Assembly: GCA_945932505.1 (NCBI GenBank)
Contig: CAMEQB010000001.1
Coordinates: forward strand, 1 to 63,857
DNA from: an uncultured Spirochaetales bacterium
GTDB taxonomy: Bacteria; Spirochaetota; Spirochaetia; Sphaerochaetales; Sphaerochaetaceae
Reading direction: 5' to 3'
DNA: 63,857 nt
The position numbers were made by a program, and so were the translations under genes. The notes beneath the pieces were generated by a model that saw nothing but the letters and a program-made list of their open reading frames with translations, was not told where the DNA came from and searched no databases. Positions 1 through 10,029 of this stretch are shown in pieces (the first letter of the stretch is position 1; every line of letters starts with the position of its first letter).

Positions 1-5
1 TTCCT

Positions 6-1352
6 ATGACAGCAGACTTCACAGTATTTGGCTACAAAGTCCTCAACAGCTGGGTGCCAGGAACATTTACTTCCGTCTCTGAGACTAAGGGCCTCTTGTA
101 TGAATCGGACGTAATGGGCTTTGCTCAGTATGAGATTGGAAAGTATGGCGACTTCCTCCTTGAGAACGTTGCTATCGAGTTCATCCCAGACGGCTTTGTC
201 CTTACATATCCAGAAGCTGTAGACCCAGCTCCGTATATTGCACAGTATAAGAGCGACATCGAAGAATACGTTGCAACACTCTTTGCTGCAGTAGAAGTTG
301 TCGAAGAGCCATCTCCAGTCGAGGAACCAGCTATTGAAGGACCAGTTGCTGTAGTTGTTCCATCCGTTATCTCTGGCTACGAAGAGTTTAAGATCATGGG
401 CTTTGTGGTAGAGAACACATGGAATGACGGATCATACCTAGCTGAGACAGCTATCAACGGTATTCTCACGGAAGACGACATAAAAGGCTTCGTGCTTTAC
501 GAGATAGCTAAGTATGGTTCATTCCTAACAGACAATGTGGCTGTCAAGTACACAGCAGATGGCTTCATGCTCTCCATCCCTAAGGATATAGACCCATCTC
601 CATATATCCCAGTATTTAAGAGCGATATCGAAGAATACATTGCTAAGCTCTTTGCTCCTGTGGAGGAAATAGTAGAAGAGCCAGTTGTGGAAGAAGTCGT
701 AGAACCTGTCGTAGAAGAACCTGTGGTTCCAGAACCAGTCTCCAACATTGTTGTCAGTGTTGTAACAGATGGTGTCAAAGTTGCATCGGTAGAGGAAAAT
801 ACATCTCCAGTTGCTGAAAAAGTATCTACATTCGATGTTTCTCTATCTCTTGGTGCAGATTTTGGCTTCAAGACTGGAAGAAGCTACAATCCGACAATAT
901 TCCCATCATTCAGTGTTGCAGGTGAGTTTAGGAACATGTTCAACCTCGGTCCAATTGGAGTTGGAACAAGATTTGACGCTGCATTTATCTTCAGACCACT
1001 TGATGGAACATTTATTGGTCACGAGTTTGAGTTCTTCCTCAATGGAAACAACTGGGCTGTGGATGGAACATTGGATGCCAAGCTTATGTTCTCTCTCGAT
1101 TGGGAGAAGACAAGAGCATATCTTGGAATCGGAGTCGGATACTCACTTGCAAGCAATGTCCGTGGTATTACATCCCACATTGGTCCTCAAGTGTTTGGAT
1201 TCAATAGTGCAGTGGTTGCAACAGGAGTACTTGGAGTACAGTGGAAGCTTGGAGATACTCTCTTCTTGTCTCTCGAAGGACAGGGAAGGTATTTCATCCA
1301 GACTAAGGAGTATAACTTCGGAGGTGCAGTCAGAATCGGCTGGAGCTTCTAA
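6..1352 (+). CDS. outer-membrane beta-barrel protein with duplicated N-terminal domain; probably 5'-truncated by the window edge
   Basis: 448-aa ORF. The frame stays open to the window edge and no signal peptide follows the first Met. There are two about 92-aa homologous N-terminal modules and a P/V/E-rich linker. The C-terminal about 170 aa alternates Gly/aromatic strands and ends ...RIGWSF, the terminal Phe typical of OM beta-barrels. Confidence 0.6.
   Translation: MTADFTVFGYKVLNSWVPGTFTSVSETKGLLYESDVMGFAQYEIGKYGDFLLENVAIEFIPDGFVLTYPEAVDPAPYIAQYKSDIEEYVATLFAAVEVVEEPSPVEEPAIEGPVAVVVPSVISGYEEFKIMGFVVENTWNDGSYLAETAINGILTEDDIKGFVLYEIAKYGSFLTDNVAVKYTADGFMLSIPKDIDPSPYIPVFKSDIEEYIAKLFAPVEEIVEEPVVEEVVEPVVEEPVVPEPVSNIVVSVVTDGVKVASVEENTSPVAEKVSTFDVSLSLGADFGFKTGRSYNPTIFPSFSVAGEFRNMFNLGPIGVGTRFDAAFIFRPLDGTFIGHEFEFFLNGNNWAVDGTLDAKLMFSLDWEKTRAYLGIGVGYSLASNVRGITSHIGPQVFGFNSAVVATGVLGVQWKLGDTLFLSLEGQGRYFIQTKEYNFGGAVRIGWSF
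18..662 (+). repeat. intragenic duplication encoding two homologous about 92-aa modules (18-293 and 387-662)
   Basis: The modules FGYKVLNSW...YEIGKYGDFLLENVAIEFIPDGFVLTYPEAVDPAPYIAQYKSDIEEYVATLF and MGFVVENTW...YEIAKYGSFLTDNVAVKYTADGFMLSIPKDIDPSPYIPVFKSDIEEYIAKLF align along their whole length. DNA similarity is visible too (aagagcgacatcgaagaatac / aagagcgatatcgaagaatac). Confidence 0.65.
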
Positions 1353-1365
1353 AAAAACAATATTG

Positions 1366-1405
1366 ATGCCTCTCGTAGAAATATGGGAGGCATTACTATT
1401 TCTAT
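1366..1405 (+). terminator. putative intrinsic terminator after the OMP gene
   Basis: Stem atgcctc (1366-1372) pairs with gaggcat (1387-1393) around a 14-nt loop, followed by a T-rich tail (tactatttctatt). Its position argues against the upstream ATG at 1366 as the MscS start. Confidence 0.4.
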
Positions 1406-1458
1406 TAATTTGCCTTATGGGTGAAAAAGTATTATATTCCCCTTTGGAGTTTTTTCAG

Positions 1459-2268
1459 ATGAATGGTTTTATAAAATTCATGGAGCTGTATGGAATCAAC
1501 TATATAACTACAGCTGTAATTGCCTTTTTGGGCATTTTGATTGTTCGAAACATTCTTAAACTAATTGAAAAAGGGTTGTTGGATAGTTCTCTTGATAGGT
1601 CTTTGATCTCCTTTTTCGTAACACTTTTTAGAATTGTTTTGTATGTAGGTCTTCTTTTCATTGTTATGGGAAGACTTGGAATCCCTCTTTCAGGTGTAGT
1701 ATCTGCACTCAGCGCAGTTACACTTGCCATAGGCCTCGCTATCCAGGATATCATCGGAGGTGTAGCCAATGGATTGATGCTTGTTACAAGTAAGCTCTTT
1801 AAAGTAGACGATTATGTAGATATTGGAAGTGTCTCCGGTTCTGTCAAAGAGATAAAGCTTCTTCATACAATACTTGTCACCCCAGACAATAAGACTGTCA
1901 CTATCCCTAATAAAACAGTTTTTTCATCAGAAATAACAAACTACTCTGCAATGAAGCAGAGAAGAATTGATATGGTTGTAGGTGTTGACTATGACAGTGA
2001 CATAGAGAAGGCAAAAAAAGTCATACTTAATGTCGCTCTTAAGAATAATTCTGTCCTAGAAAACCCTGCACCTATGGTTATGGTAAAGAATCTTGCTGAT
2101 AGTGAAGTTCAGATCCTCTTGAGAGTTTGGGTGAACAGTGAAGATTATTGGAATGTTACCTGGTATCTTAATGAAAACGTATTGAAGGCTCTAAACAATA
2201 ATAACATTAGTGTACCATTCCCACAGCTTACTCTGAGCTATAGAGACAATGGAGGTATGGAGAAATGA
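1459..2268 (+). CDS. mscS: small-conductance mechanosensitive channel (MscS family)
   Basis: Three N-terminal TM helices followed by the MscS beta-domain pattern (QDIIGGVANGLMLV..KLFKVDDYVDIG.VSG.V.EI.LL.T...TPDNK...IPN). Start chosen at ATG 1459, with ggag about 10 nt upstream. ATG 1366 and 1417 are in-frame alternatives. The 811-1365 part of the listed ORF overlaps the OMP gene and is not coding. Confidence 0.85.
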   Translation: MNGFIKFMELYGINYITTAVIAFLGILIVRNILKLIEKGLLDSSLDRSLISFFVTLFRIVLYVGLLFIVMGRLGIPLSGVVSALSAVTLAIGLAIQDIIGGVANGLMLVTSKLFKVDDYVDIGSVSGSVKEIKLLHTILVTPDNKTVTIPNKTVFSSEITNYSAMKQRRIDMVVGVDYDSDIEKAKKVILNVALKNNSVLENPAPMVMVKNLADSEVQILLRVWVNSEDYWNVTWYLNENVLKALNNNNISVPFPQLTLSYRDNGGMEK

Positions 2269-2762
2269 TGGAACTATTAACAGGTGAAGTAATGATCAGC
2301 GCTCTTGCAGATATATTGATTTGGGTGATTGTTTCAGTTGTAGTTTATCTTTTTTGTCGCGGTCAGAGACTAAAAAAGGACATTATTAAGAATGCTCTTG
2401 AAGATACAGGTAAGATGAAAAAAAGCAGCAAGGGTATGATTGATACAATCAATAGAGGAAGTGCAGAGAGAAATAGTGTAAGAAAGGTTTTTTGGAAGTT
2501 TAAAAAGAACGTAAAGAACACTAGAAGTATTCTTCAAGTCTTTCTTTATGAGAACGGAGATGATGCAGATTTAAATATGGTAGTATCTCTTCTTTCTAAG
2601 GTCATTGAAGAATCAAATGAATTTGCAAAGGCTTTCAACACTCAATCAAAAGAAGAAATTCTTTCCAGTCTAAATAAAACGAATGATGAACTTTCTAAAA
2701 TAGAAATGATTCTTTCTTCTGTAGTCAAAAGAAGAGAAGATGAAGCTCTGGCAAGAATATAA
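2265..2762 (+). CDS. hypothetical membrane-anchored protein (one N-terminal TM helix, K/E-rich coiled region)
   Basis: 165-aa ORF whose ATG overlaps the mscS stop (ATGA). N-terminal hydrophobic helix ALADILIWVIVSVVVYLF. No recognisable family. Confidence 0.5.
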   Translation: MMELLTGEVMISALADILIWVIVSVVVYLFCRGQRLKKDIIKNALEDTGKMKKSSKGMIDTINRGSAERNSVRKVFWKFKKNVKNTRSILQVFLYENGDDADLNMVVSLLSKVIEESNEFAKAFNTQSKEEILSSLNKTNDELSKIEMILSSVVKRREDEALARI

Positions 2763-2894
2763 AAATACATAGATTCTATACTTAAGGGAGGCTTTCTTGT
2801 ATTGGAGTCCTACACAAAAAGAGGATATCCTATAAAGAAGGGCTCCCTTGTTCATGTTTTGGATAATAGCTATATTATTTAGAAAGGTGTTTTG

Positions 2895-4952
2895 ATGGAA
2901 AACGACGATAAAGATAAAAAAGAAGAAATAGTTGGAGAAGTTGTTTCTCCTGATCCTAAACCTCAGGATAACGATAAAGGCGGTGGAGAGAACAAAAAGC
3001 CGGAAGAAACAACACCAAAACCCGATAATAAGGGTGAGGAAAAGCTAGGCAAAAATAAAGAGAATGTCTATGACAAATATAGATATTGGGGTTCTGAACC
3101 TCCAAAGAACGGTGGATCCCAGACTCCTAATAAGGGTGGAATGCGCAATAAGTTTGCTCTTATTGCCTTGATTGTCCTTCTTATCTCATTTTTCTTTGTA
3201 TTCTTCCAGGATTCTCAAAAGGCAAAGGCTACAAGCGTCAGTTACACAGACTTCATGACTGTAGTAGAGAAAGGAAAGGTGTCTAAGGCTGATATCGTAG
3301 GTAGCTCTACTGTCAACTTCACAACAAATGATGGTGGATATTATACCACAAGAATCCCATATTCAGATCCAGAACTGGTACAGACCTTACTTAGTTATGG
3401 CGTTCAGGTAACAGGAGTTGCTGAGACTACTCCGTTCTGGTATATCCTTTTGGAGCTTCTTCCATGGATTATCTTTATTGCACTTATGGTATCAATGATG
3501 AGAAGCACTGGTGCTATGGGCGGTGGAAAGCTTATGGGAGGAATGGGAAAATCTCTTGCAAAAGAGTATGACGCCAACTCAAATAAAACTACTTTCAAAG
3601 ATGTAGCCGGACAGAAAGAAGCTAAATATGAGCTTCAAGAGATTGTAGATTTCTTGAAAAATCCTGCTAAGTTTACATCTATTGGAGCCAAAATCCCAAA
3701 GGGCTGTCTCTTAGTCGGTCCTCCGGGAACAGGTAAGACTCTTCTTGCGCGTGCTGTTGCAGGGGAGGCTGGGGTGTCATTTCTGCATACTTCAGGCTCT
3801 GACTTCGTAGAAATGTTCGTAGGTATGGGTGCAGCCCGTGTAAGAGATTTGTTTGAACAGGGCAGAAAGAGCGCTCCTTGTATCATCTTTATCGACGAGT
3901 TAGATGCAGTAGGAAGAAGTAGAGGATCTGGACTAGGCGGTGGCCACGATGAAAGAGAACAGACACTTAACCAGATGCTTGTTGAAATGGATGGTTTTTC
4001 AACCGATCCTGGTGTAATTGTCATTGCTGCAACAAACAGGCCTGATGTACTGGATCCAGCTCTCTTAAGGCCTGGTAGATTTGATAGACAGGTTACTGTC
4101 GCTCTTCCTGATGTGCAGGAAAGACTTGATATACTTCGTATCCATACAAGAAAGGTCAAGCTTGCAGAAGACGTGGATCTAGCCAGAATAGCAAGAGCTA
4201 CTCCTGGAACGAGTGGCGCAGATCTAGCTAACCTTGTTAACGAAGCTGCACTTTTCGCAGCAAGAAGCAATGAGACCATTGTTGATATGAAGGACTTCGA
4301 AGAAGCAAGAGACAAGATATTGCTTGGGGTCGCTAAGAAGAGTGTCTTTATGACAGAAGATGAAAAGAGAGCCACTGCATACCACGAGGCAGGCCATACT
4401 CTTCTCCACTACTACCTGAAGCATGTAGATCCACTTCATAAGGTCACTATCATTCCACATGGACAGGCCCTTGGTCTTACAATGAGTCTCCCTGAAAAAG
4501 ATCAGTTTACTATCCAGAAGAGTTATTTGATGGATAGAATCAAGATTTGTATGGGCGGATACTGCGCAGAGAAGATCGTATATGGAGAGACCACTACAGG
4601 TACATCCAACGATATCAAGCAGGCAACAACTATGGCTCATAGAATGGTGACAGAATGGGGTATGTCAGATCTGGGATTTATCAATCTTTCCGACGAAGGT
4701 GAACCATTATTCCTTGGTCGTGAGATTACACAGCACAAAGACTACTCTGACGAAACAGCAAGAAGAATAGACAGCGAGATGAATAAAATCCTCAGTGCAT
4801 GTATGGATGAGACAATGGATATCTTGACCACTCATCGTGATCAGCTGGATCAGCTTACAGAGGCATTGGTTGAAAGAGAGACTCTCGATGACAAAGATAT
4901 CAGAGAGATGTTCGGATTCGAAGCTGTCAAACATGTAACTGACTTGAGGTAA
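2895..4952 (+). CDS. ftsH: ATP-dependent zinc metalloprotease FtsH
   Basis: Walker [12 protein letters not shown], Walker [13 protein letters not shown] region [20 protein letters not shown], and zinc motif HEAGHTL. ATG at 2895; the listed ORF starts one codon earlier at TTG. RBS agaaagg lies upstream. There is a long low-complexity N-terminal extension. Confidence 0.97.
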   Translation: MENDDKDKKEEIVGEVVSPDPKPQDNDKGGGENKKPEETTPKPDNKGEEKLGKNKENVYDKYRYWGSEPPKNGGSQTPNKGGMRNKFALIALIVLLISFFFVFFQDSQKAKATSVSYTDFMTVVEKGKVSKADIVGSSTVNFTTNDGGYYTTRIPYSDPELVQTLLSYGVQVTGVAETTPFWYILLELLPWIIFIALMVSMMRSTGAMGGGKLMGGMGKSLAKEYDANSNKTTFKDVAGQKEAKYELQEIVDFLKNPAKFTSIGAKIPKGCLLVGPPGTGKTLLARAVAGEAGVSFLHTSGSDFVEMFVGMGAARVRDLFEQGRKSAPCIIFIDELDAVGRSRGSGLGGGHDEREQTLNQMLVEMDGFSTDPGVIVIAATNRPDVLDPALLRPGRFDRQVTVALPDVQERLDILRIHTRKVKLAEDVDLARIARATPGTSGADLANLVNEAALFAARSNETIVDMKDFEEARDKILLGVAKKSVFMTEDEKRATAYHEAGHTLLHYYLKHVDPLHKVTIIPHGQALGLTMSLPEKDQFTIQKSYLMDRIKICMGGYCAEKIVYGETTTGTSNDIKQATTMAHRMVTEWGMSDLGFINLSDEGEPLFLGREITQHKDYSDETARRIDSEMNKILSACMDETMDILTTHRDQLDQLTEALVERETLDDKDIREMFGFEAVKHVTDLR

Positions 4953-4954
4953 AT

Positions 4955-6769
4955 ATGGCAGTAGACACAAGCCACAAACGAAATTTCTGCATTATCGCTC
5001 ACATAGACCATGGCAAGAGTACTCTTGCAGATAGGTTTATCGAGAGAGCTAGGTTAGTGCAGGCTAGAGGCCCAATGGAATCCCAGATTCTAGATAACAT
5101 GGATATCGAGAGGGAGAGGGGAATAACAATCAAGAGCCAGGCTGTGACTGTGCCTTATACAGCATCAGACGGAGAGGTCTATGAGTTGAATCTCGTAGAT
5201 ACTCCGGGTCATGTTGACTTTACATATGAAGTATCTAGGGCCATCTCATCTTGTGAAGGTGCTTTGCTTTTAATCGACGCAACACAAGGCGTAGAAGCTC
5301 AGACACTTGCCAATCTATATCTAGCAATGGAGCACAATCTTGAGATTATTCCTGTAATCAACAAGATTGACTTGGCTTCTGCAGATATTGATTCCTGTCT
5401 CCATCAGATCGACCACGATCTTGGTCTGGATCCCGAAATGGCTGTAAAAGTCTCCGCCAAGACAGGAGAAGGCGTGGATCTATTATATGAAGCCATCGTC
5501 AACTATATTCCAGCTCCCGAAGGAAAGAATAACGAGCCTCTGAAGGCTCTTATCTTCGATTCCCATTATGATCCATATAGGGGCGTAATAGTCCACGCAA
5601 GAATATTTAATGGAAAAGTAAGAGTGGGAGATGAAATAGTATTCATGCATTCAAACGCCACTTATAAAGTGGAGGATCTTGGACTCTTTCAGATTAACCT
5701 GATCTCCAAGCCTATGTTGGAAGCAGGAGACGTAGGATATTTTATTGCTGGAATCAAGAATATCAGCGATATTAGGGTAGGAGATACCGTCACTCTGAAA
5801 AACAATATGGCTCCAGAGCCTCTTCCAGGATTTAAGGAAGTAAAGCCAGTAGTATTCTCTTCCATTTATCCAGTGGATTCAAACGACTATGAAGAACTAC
5901 AGGATGCAATAGAGAGACTGAAGTTGAACGATGCTTCCTTGATGTATGAGAAAGACTCTTCAGCTGCACTTGGTTTTGGTTTCAGATGTGGTTTCTTGGG
6001 TATGCTTCACTTGGAGGTCATCCAGGAAAGAATAGAAAGGGAGTTTGATCTCTCTATTGTCTTCACTTCCCCTTCTGTAAGATATACGGTCCACATGAAG
6101 GATGGGGAGACTCTCTATATCGATAACCCGTTGGAATATCCAGACCCAATGAGAGTCGATTGGGCAGAAGAGCCATATATCCAGGCAAATATCATTACTC
6201 CTACAGAGTATGTAGGTCCAATCATCACTCTATGCCTTGAAAAGAGAGGCGTTCAGACCCAGATGAACTATCTGGATACAAAGAGAGTCGAACTTATTTA
6301 TGAAATGCCTCTCTCTGAAGTTCTCTTTGACTTCTATGATAGACTGAAGTCTATTTCCCGTGGTTATGCTTCCTTTGATTACAACGTAATCGAAAACAGA
6401 AGAACTGACCTGGTGAGAATGGAGATACTTGTAAACGGGGATCCTGTAGACGCCCTCTCCTGTCTTGTCTATAGAGGTAACGCTCAGACAAGAGGCAGAC
6501 AGATTGTTGAGAGACTAAAGGGTGAGATTCCTCGCCAACAGTTTAAGATCGCTATTCAGGCAGCTATCGGTGGCCAGATTATTGCTCGTGAAACTGTCAA
6601 CGCTTACAGAAAAGATGTTACAGCCAAGTGTTATGGTGGTGATATCTCACGAAAGAGAAAACTCTTGGAAAAGCAGAAAGAGGGAAAGAAGAGAATGAAG
6701 ATGGTAGGTAATGTTGAAATACCTCAGTCTGCATTCCTTGCTGTATTGAAGACAGAGGACGACAGCTAA
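4955..6769 (+). CDS. lepA: elongation factor 4 (LepA)
   Basis: GTPase motifs AHIDHGKST, DTPGH and NKID. The characteristic LepA C-terminus is present (KCYGGDISRKRKLLEKQKEGKKRMK..G.V.IPQ.AF). Confidence 0.97.
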   Translation: MAVDTSHKRNFCIIAHIDHGKSTLADRFIERARLVQARGPMESQILDNMDIERERGITIKSQAVTVPYTASDGEVYELNLVDTPGHVDFTYEVSRAISSCEGALLLIDATQGVEAQTLANLYLAMEHNLEIIPVINKIDLASADIDSCLHQIDHDLGLDPEMAVKVSAKTGEGVDLLYEAIVNYIPAPEGKNNEPLKALIFDSHYDPYRGVIVHARIFNGKVRVGDEIVFMHSNATYKVEDLGLFQINLISKPMLEAGDVGYFIAGIKNISDIRVGDTVTLKNNMAPEPLPGFKEVKPVVFSSIYPVDSNDYEELQDAIERLKLNDASLMYEKDSSAALGFGFRCGFLGMLHLEVIQERIEREFDLSIVFTSPSVRYTVHMKDGETLYIDNPLEYPDPMRVDWAEEPYIQANIITPTEYVGPIITLCLEKRGVQTQMNYLDTKRVELIYEMPLSEVLFDFYDRLKSISRGYASFDYNVIENRRTDLVRMEILVNGDPVDALSCLVYRGNAQTRGRQIVERLKGEIPRQQFKIAIQAAIGGQIIARETVNAYRKDVTAKCYGGDISRKRKLLEKQKEGKKRMKMVGNVEIPQSAFLAVLKTEDDS

Positions 6770-7719
6770 TGGGACATTTAATAGACTTTGGAACCATTAA
6801 TGGTGATAAAGCACAGCTTGCTGTCCTAAAAAGCGGCAAGTTCGTCTCTGCCATATCTTCTTTCGGTTCAACTATAGTTTGGTTTGGTACAAAGGACAGA
6901 AACTACGTCACATACCATAAATGTGCAGAGGATTATTTAGATGACTCTACATATATGGGAAAGACTGTAGGTCCATATGCCAATAGGATAAAGAACGCTG
7001 AATTCGAAATAGACGGTAAAGTATATAAACTGGAAAAAAATGATGGAGAAAACTCTCTTCATTCTGGTTCCGCTTGCTTTGGAAACAAGTTGTGGAGTAT
7101 TGAAGGTGTCAGCGACAACATGGTAACTCTATCTCTGATGGCAAAAGAGAGTGGCGGCTTTCCTGGAGATCATGAAGTTCAAGTAACATATCTTTTGACA
7201 GAAGACGGAGTTCTGACAATATTCTATCGCTGCACTTCTAATAAAAAGTGCCCTATATCTATTACCAACCATGCATATTTTGTTCTCGATGACAGAGGTG
7301 ATAAATATGTGGAGCTGGAGATTCCGAGCAAGAAATATGTCTCTGTAGACTCATCTTTGATTCCGCTAAAGGAGAATCCAGTGAAAGTCGAAGGCTCAGA
7401 CTTTGACTTTAGGGAAAAAAGAGCAATTGGTAGCCGCAGGGACGGATGCTACGACAATACTTGGGTCCTCGATAAAAATACGGTTGTTAAAGCTGAGGGA
7501 AACCTTGCCCAGCTTTTTGTCAGAACCACAGAGCCAGGAATACAAGTATATACAGGAGAATTCTTATCAGGAAAAGACGCGAAGCCTTTTGATGGACTGG
7601 CACTGGAGACTGGAAGATTCCCCGACTCTCCAAACCGCCCTGACTTTCCAAGGGAATACACTGATAAAGATAGAATATATGAGTCTACTACCAGCTATAA
7701 GTTGGTCATTAAGGAGTGA
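6769..7719 (+). CDS. galM: aldose 1-epimerase (mutarotase), copy 1
   Basis: GPYANRI, NSLHSG, TNHAYF and LETG.FPDSPN motifs. The start overlaps the lepA stop (TAATG). Confidence 0.9.
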   Translation: MGHLIDFGTINGDKAQLAVLKSGKFVSAISSFGSTIVWFGTKDRNYVTYHKCAEDYLDDSTYMGKTVGPYANRIKNAEFEIDGKVYKLEKNDGENSLHSGSACFGNKLWSIEGVSDNMVTLSLMAKESGGFPGDHEVQVTYLLTEDGVLTIFYRCTSNKKCPISITNHAYFVLDDRGDKYVELEIPSKKYVSVDSSLIPLKENPVKVEGSDFDFREKRAIGSRRDGCYDNTWVLDKNTVVKAEGNLAQLFVRTTEPGIQVYTGEFLSGKDAKPFDGLALETGRFPDSPNRPDFPREYTDKDRIYESTTSYKLVIKE

Positions 7720-7722
7720 ATC

Positions 7723-8331
7723 ATGCCTAAGATTATCGGAATCACAGGTGGATCAGGCTCTGGAAAGAGCACAGTAGTAAAAAGGATAAAAGAACGATAT
7801 CCAAATGCAGTACTTATTGAAATGGACAACTATTATAAGAGTGCGACATTTGTTAACAACAATAATATCACTGCATATAACTTCGATCATCCTGATGCCT
7901 TCGATATGGATCTTATGCTTCAGAACCTTGCTGATTTAAAAGAAGGCAAGAGCTGCATGATGCCTCAGTATGACTTTGTTCACCATGCAAGAAAAGAGGA
8001 GTTTATTAAGGTGGAGCCTTCATCAATCATCGTAATCGACGGCCTTATGGTATTCTACGATGAGAGAGTAAGGAATATCTTGGATCTGAAACTCTATGTA
8101 GATACTCCAGCAGATATAAGGTTTATCAGAAGACTTAAGAGGGATGTGGCTGAAAGAGGAAGAACTGTAGAGTCAGTCATTGAACAGTACACAAATGTAG
8201 TGCGTCCTGGACATTATAACTTCATTGAGCCGAGTAAGGCTTATGCAGATCTGATCATCCCGGAAGGTGGGTATAACGATAACGCCATGGAAGTCTTGTT
8301 CTCATTCATCGGCGCTATGATGATGAAGTGA
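7723..8331 (+). CDS. udk: uridine kinase
   Basis: P-loop GITGGSGSGKST, NFDHPDAFD, and RRL.RD..ERGR...SV..QY...V.P. Confidence 0.93.
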   Translation: MPKIIGITGGSGSGKSTVVKRIKERYPNAVLIEMDNYYKSATFVNNNNITAYNFDHPDAFDMDLMLQNLADLKEGKSCMMPQYDFVHHARKEEFIKVEPSSIIVIDGLMVFYDERVRNILDLKLYVDTPADIRFIRRLKRDVAERGRTVESVIEQYTNVVRPGHYNFIEPSKAYADLIIPEGGYNDNAMEVLFSFIGAMMMK

Positions 8332-8619
8332 TTTGTCAAAGTCCTTTGGCTTTTTCCTGGCTTTCCACTGATTCTTTATTTCTTTAAATGAAAACTCATC
8401 GGGGACTGGATCATATCCTCCAAAGAAAGATGGCCTACATCTAAGAATTCTTGCAGTCCCCAATATAGCGCCTTTTATTATTCCATGTTTATCTACTGCT
8501 TCTATAAAGTACTCTGAGCAGGTAGGAGTGTAACCGCAACAGGCCCCTCCTTTCATGGGGCTTATGATTGCTCTATAGAAATAAACAGGAAGGAGAAAGA
8601 CTTTCCTAAGTATTTTCAT
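8302..8619 (-). CDS. yidD: membrane protein insertion efficiency factor YidD
   Basis: The YidD signature is present (YR.IISP....ACCGYTPTCSEY..EA...HG..KG...RILRC.P...GGYDPVP). Start set at MKIL (8619) rather than the upstream Met at 8655. The 3' end overlaps the convergent udk 3' end by 30 nt. Confidence 0.85.
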   Translation of the reverse strand: MKILRKVFLLPVYFYRAIISPMKGGACCGYTPTCSEYFIEAVDKHGIIKGAILGTARILRCRPSFFGGYDPVPDEFSFKEIKNQWKARKKPKDFDKSLHHHSADE

Positions 8620-8732
8620 CCCTTTGATTCTATCTAAACTCCACTCTTGGAACAACTCTTTTCTCTATCTATTGCTTTTCATGTTAAAAATTTGCTATAT
8701 TCACTAAGGTTTGTACTCTCCAAGGGAGGTCA

Positions 8733-8761
8733 GTTGACCATGTATCTATCTTTTGGTAGAA
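8733..8761 (+). promoter_or_regulatory. sigma70-type promoter for rpmF-acpP-rnc
   Basis: TTGACC (8733-8738), an exact 17-nt spacer, then TAGAAT (8756-8761), about 45 nt upstream of the rpmF ATG. Confidence 0.5.
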
Positions 8762-8806
8762 TTTCAAACTGTCAGATTAAATATTTGTATAATAGAGAGG
8801 TTTAAA

Positions 8807-8992
8807 ATGGCAACTCCTAAGTATAAAACATCTAAGTCCAGAGCAGCTAGCAGAAAGGCTGAGAACATGAAGCTCAAGGCACCGACACTTGTACCATGTC
8901 AGACATGTGGTAACCTTATCCCTACACATCGCGTATGCCCAAAATGTGGTTACTATGCAGGTAAGCCAGTCATCGTAAAGGACGAGGAGTAA
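8807..8992 (+). CDS. rpmF: 50S ribosomal protein L32
   Basis: MATPKYKTSKSR...CxxCG...CPxCG zinc-ribbon L32 signature. RBS agagagg lies upstream of ATG 8807. The listed ORF start at 8753 is a spurious extension. Confidence 0.93.
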   Translation: MATPKYKTSKSRAASRKAENMKLKAPTLVPCQTCGNLIPTHRVCPKCGYYAGKPVIVKDEE

Positions 8993-8996
8993 TCTA

Positions 8997-9239
8997 ATGA
9001 CAGAGAATGAAGTTTTTGGAAAGGTTAGAGACCTGGTTGTTGAGAAGCTTGGCGTAGATCCTGCAAAGGTTACAATGAGTGCAGCTTTTCGTAAGGATCT
9101 CGGTGCTGACAGTCTCGATACATATGAGCTTGTTTATGCACTTGAAGAAGAGACAGGCGTATCTATCTCTGATGATGAAGCTAACAGCTTCGAAACAGTT
9201 GGTGATGCTGTCAAGTATCTGATGAAGGAACTTAACTAA
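8997..9239 (+). CDS. acpP: acyl carrier protein
   Basis: 80 aa with the phosphopantetheine site motif LGADSLDTYELV. Confidence 0.93.
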   Translation: MTENEVFGKVRDLVVEKLGVDPAKVTMSAAFRKDLGADSLDTYELVYALEEETGVSISDDEANSFETVGDAVKYLMKELN

Positions 9240-9240
9240 G

Positions 9241-10011
9241 TTGTCGCTTACTCAGATAAAGGCTCCCTCTATCTCGCAAGAACGAGAAAGGGAGCTTGTT
9301 TGTTTCCTTAAAGATAATAATCTGGAGATAGATAATCTAAGACTCCTTAATCTTGCGTTTACCCACACCTCCTATGCAAATGAATGCAAGGGAGAGTCAG
9401 ATAGTTATGAACGACTTGAGTTTCTTGGAGATTCTATTCTCGATATGATCACTGCAGAGTATTTGTTTGAAAACTACTATGCAGAGTATCATGAGGGCGA
9501 CTTCACAAAGATCAAGGCTGTAGTTGTAAGTGAAGACTCCCTTTCTGAGATTGCACGTCAGAAACACTTCGAAAAATACATATTGATAGGAAAGGGTGAA
9601 GCATCTCAGGGAGGAGCGACTAAAAAAGCAATTCAGGCTGATGTCATGGAAGCTGTAATTGCTGCTGTCTTTCTTGATAAAGGCCTTGATGCCGCCAGAG
9701 AGTATGTCTTGTCATTTATTCCTTTTCAAATTGAAAAGGTAATAAGAAATCGTGTCTCATATAAAGATTACAAAACAAAGTTACAAGAGTATTGGCAGAA
9801 AAAGAAGGGTAAGGTTCCTGAATATAATACTGTCGGTCACTCTGGCCCGGATCATGAGCAGGTGTTTTATGTAACTGTTTCCCTTGGTGGAAAAGTCTAT
9901 GGGCCTGCCAGTGGAAAGAGTAAGAAGCATGCTGAGCAAAATGTGGCTAAATATGCTTTGATTCATCTTGGCCTTGAGCCCAATGACGGTAGCTTTGAAG
10001 ATAGGGATTAA
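9241..10011 (+). CDS. rnc: ribonuclease III
   Basis: RNase III signature ERLEFLGDSIL and a C-terminal dsRBD (GPDHEQ.F.V.V......G.G.SKK.AEQ.VA). Apparent TTG start immediately after the acpP stop. Confidence 0.92.
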   Translation: MSLTQIKAPSISQERERELVCFLKDNNLEIDNLRLLNLAFTHTSYANECKGESDSYERLEFLGDSILDMITAEYLFENYYAEYHEGDFTKIKAVVVSEDSLSEIARQKHFEKYILIGKGEASQGGATKKAIQADVMEAVIAAVFLDKGLDAAREYVLSFIPFQIEKVIRNRVSYKDYKTKLQEYWQKKKGKVPEYNTVGHSGPDHEQVFYVTVSLGGKVYGPASGKSKKHAEQNVAKYALIHLGLEPNDGSFEDRD

Positions 10012-10029
10012 GCATGATTTTTTATAAGA

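Noticed and set aside
811-1365. Long open frame (the first 185 codons of the 485-aa ORF 811-2268) overlapping the OMP gene in another frame.
   Set aside because: Its sequence is low-complexity S/L/H-rich with no family features. It lies wholly inside the well-supported OMP frame. A terminator-like hairpin sits at 1366-1393, and the MscS homology begins only around 1459. It is a frame artefact.
3635-4375. 246-aa ORF antisense to ftsH; a similar antisense ORF lies at 4224-4640.
   Set aside because: It mirrors a highly conserved coding region, has an Ser/Leu/Ala-rich composition typical of antisense frames, and has no RBS or motifs.
8302-8331. 30-nt convergent overlap of the udk and yidD 3' ends.
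   Set aside because: It is real in sequence but merely reflects a non-conserved basic C-terminal tail on YidD. There is no evidence for regulatory significance.
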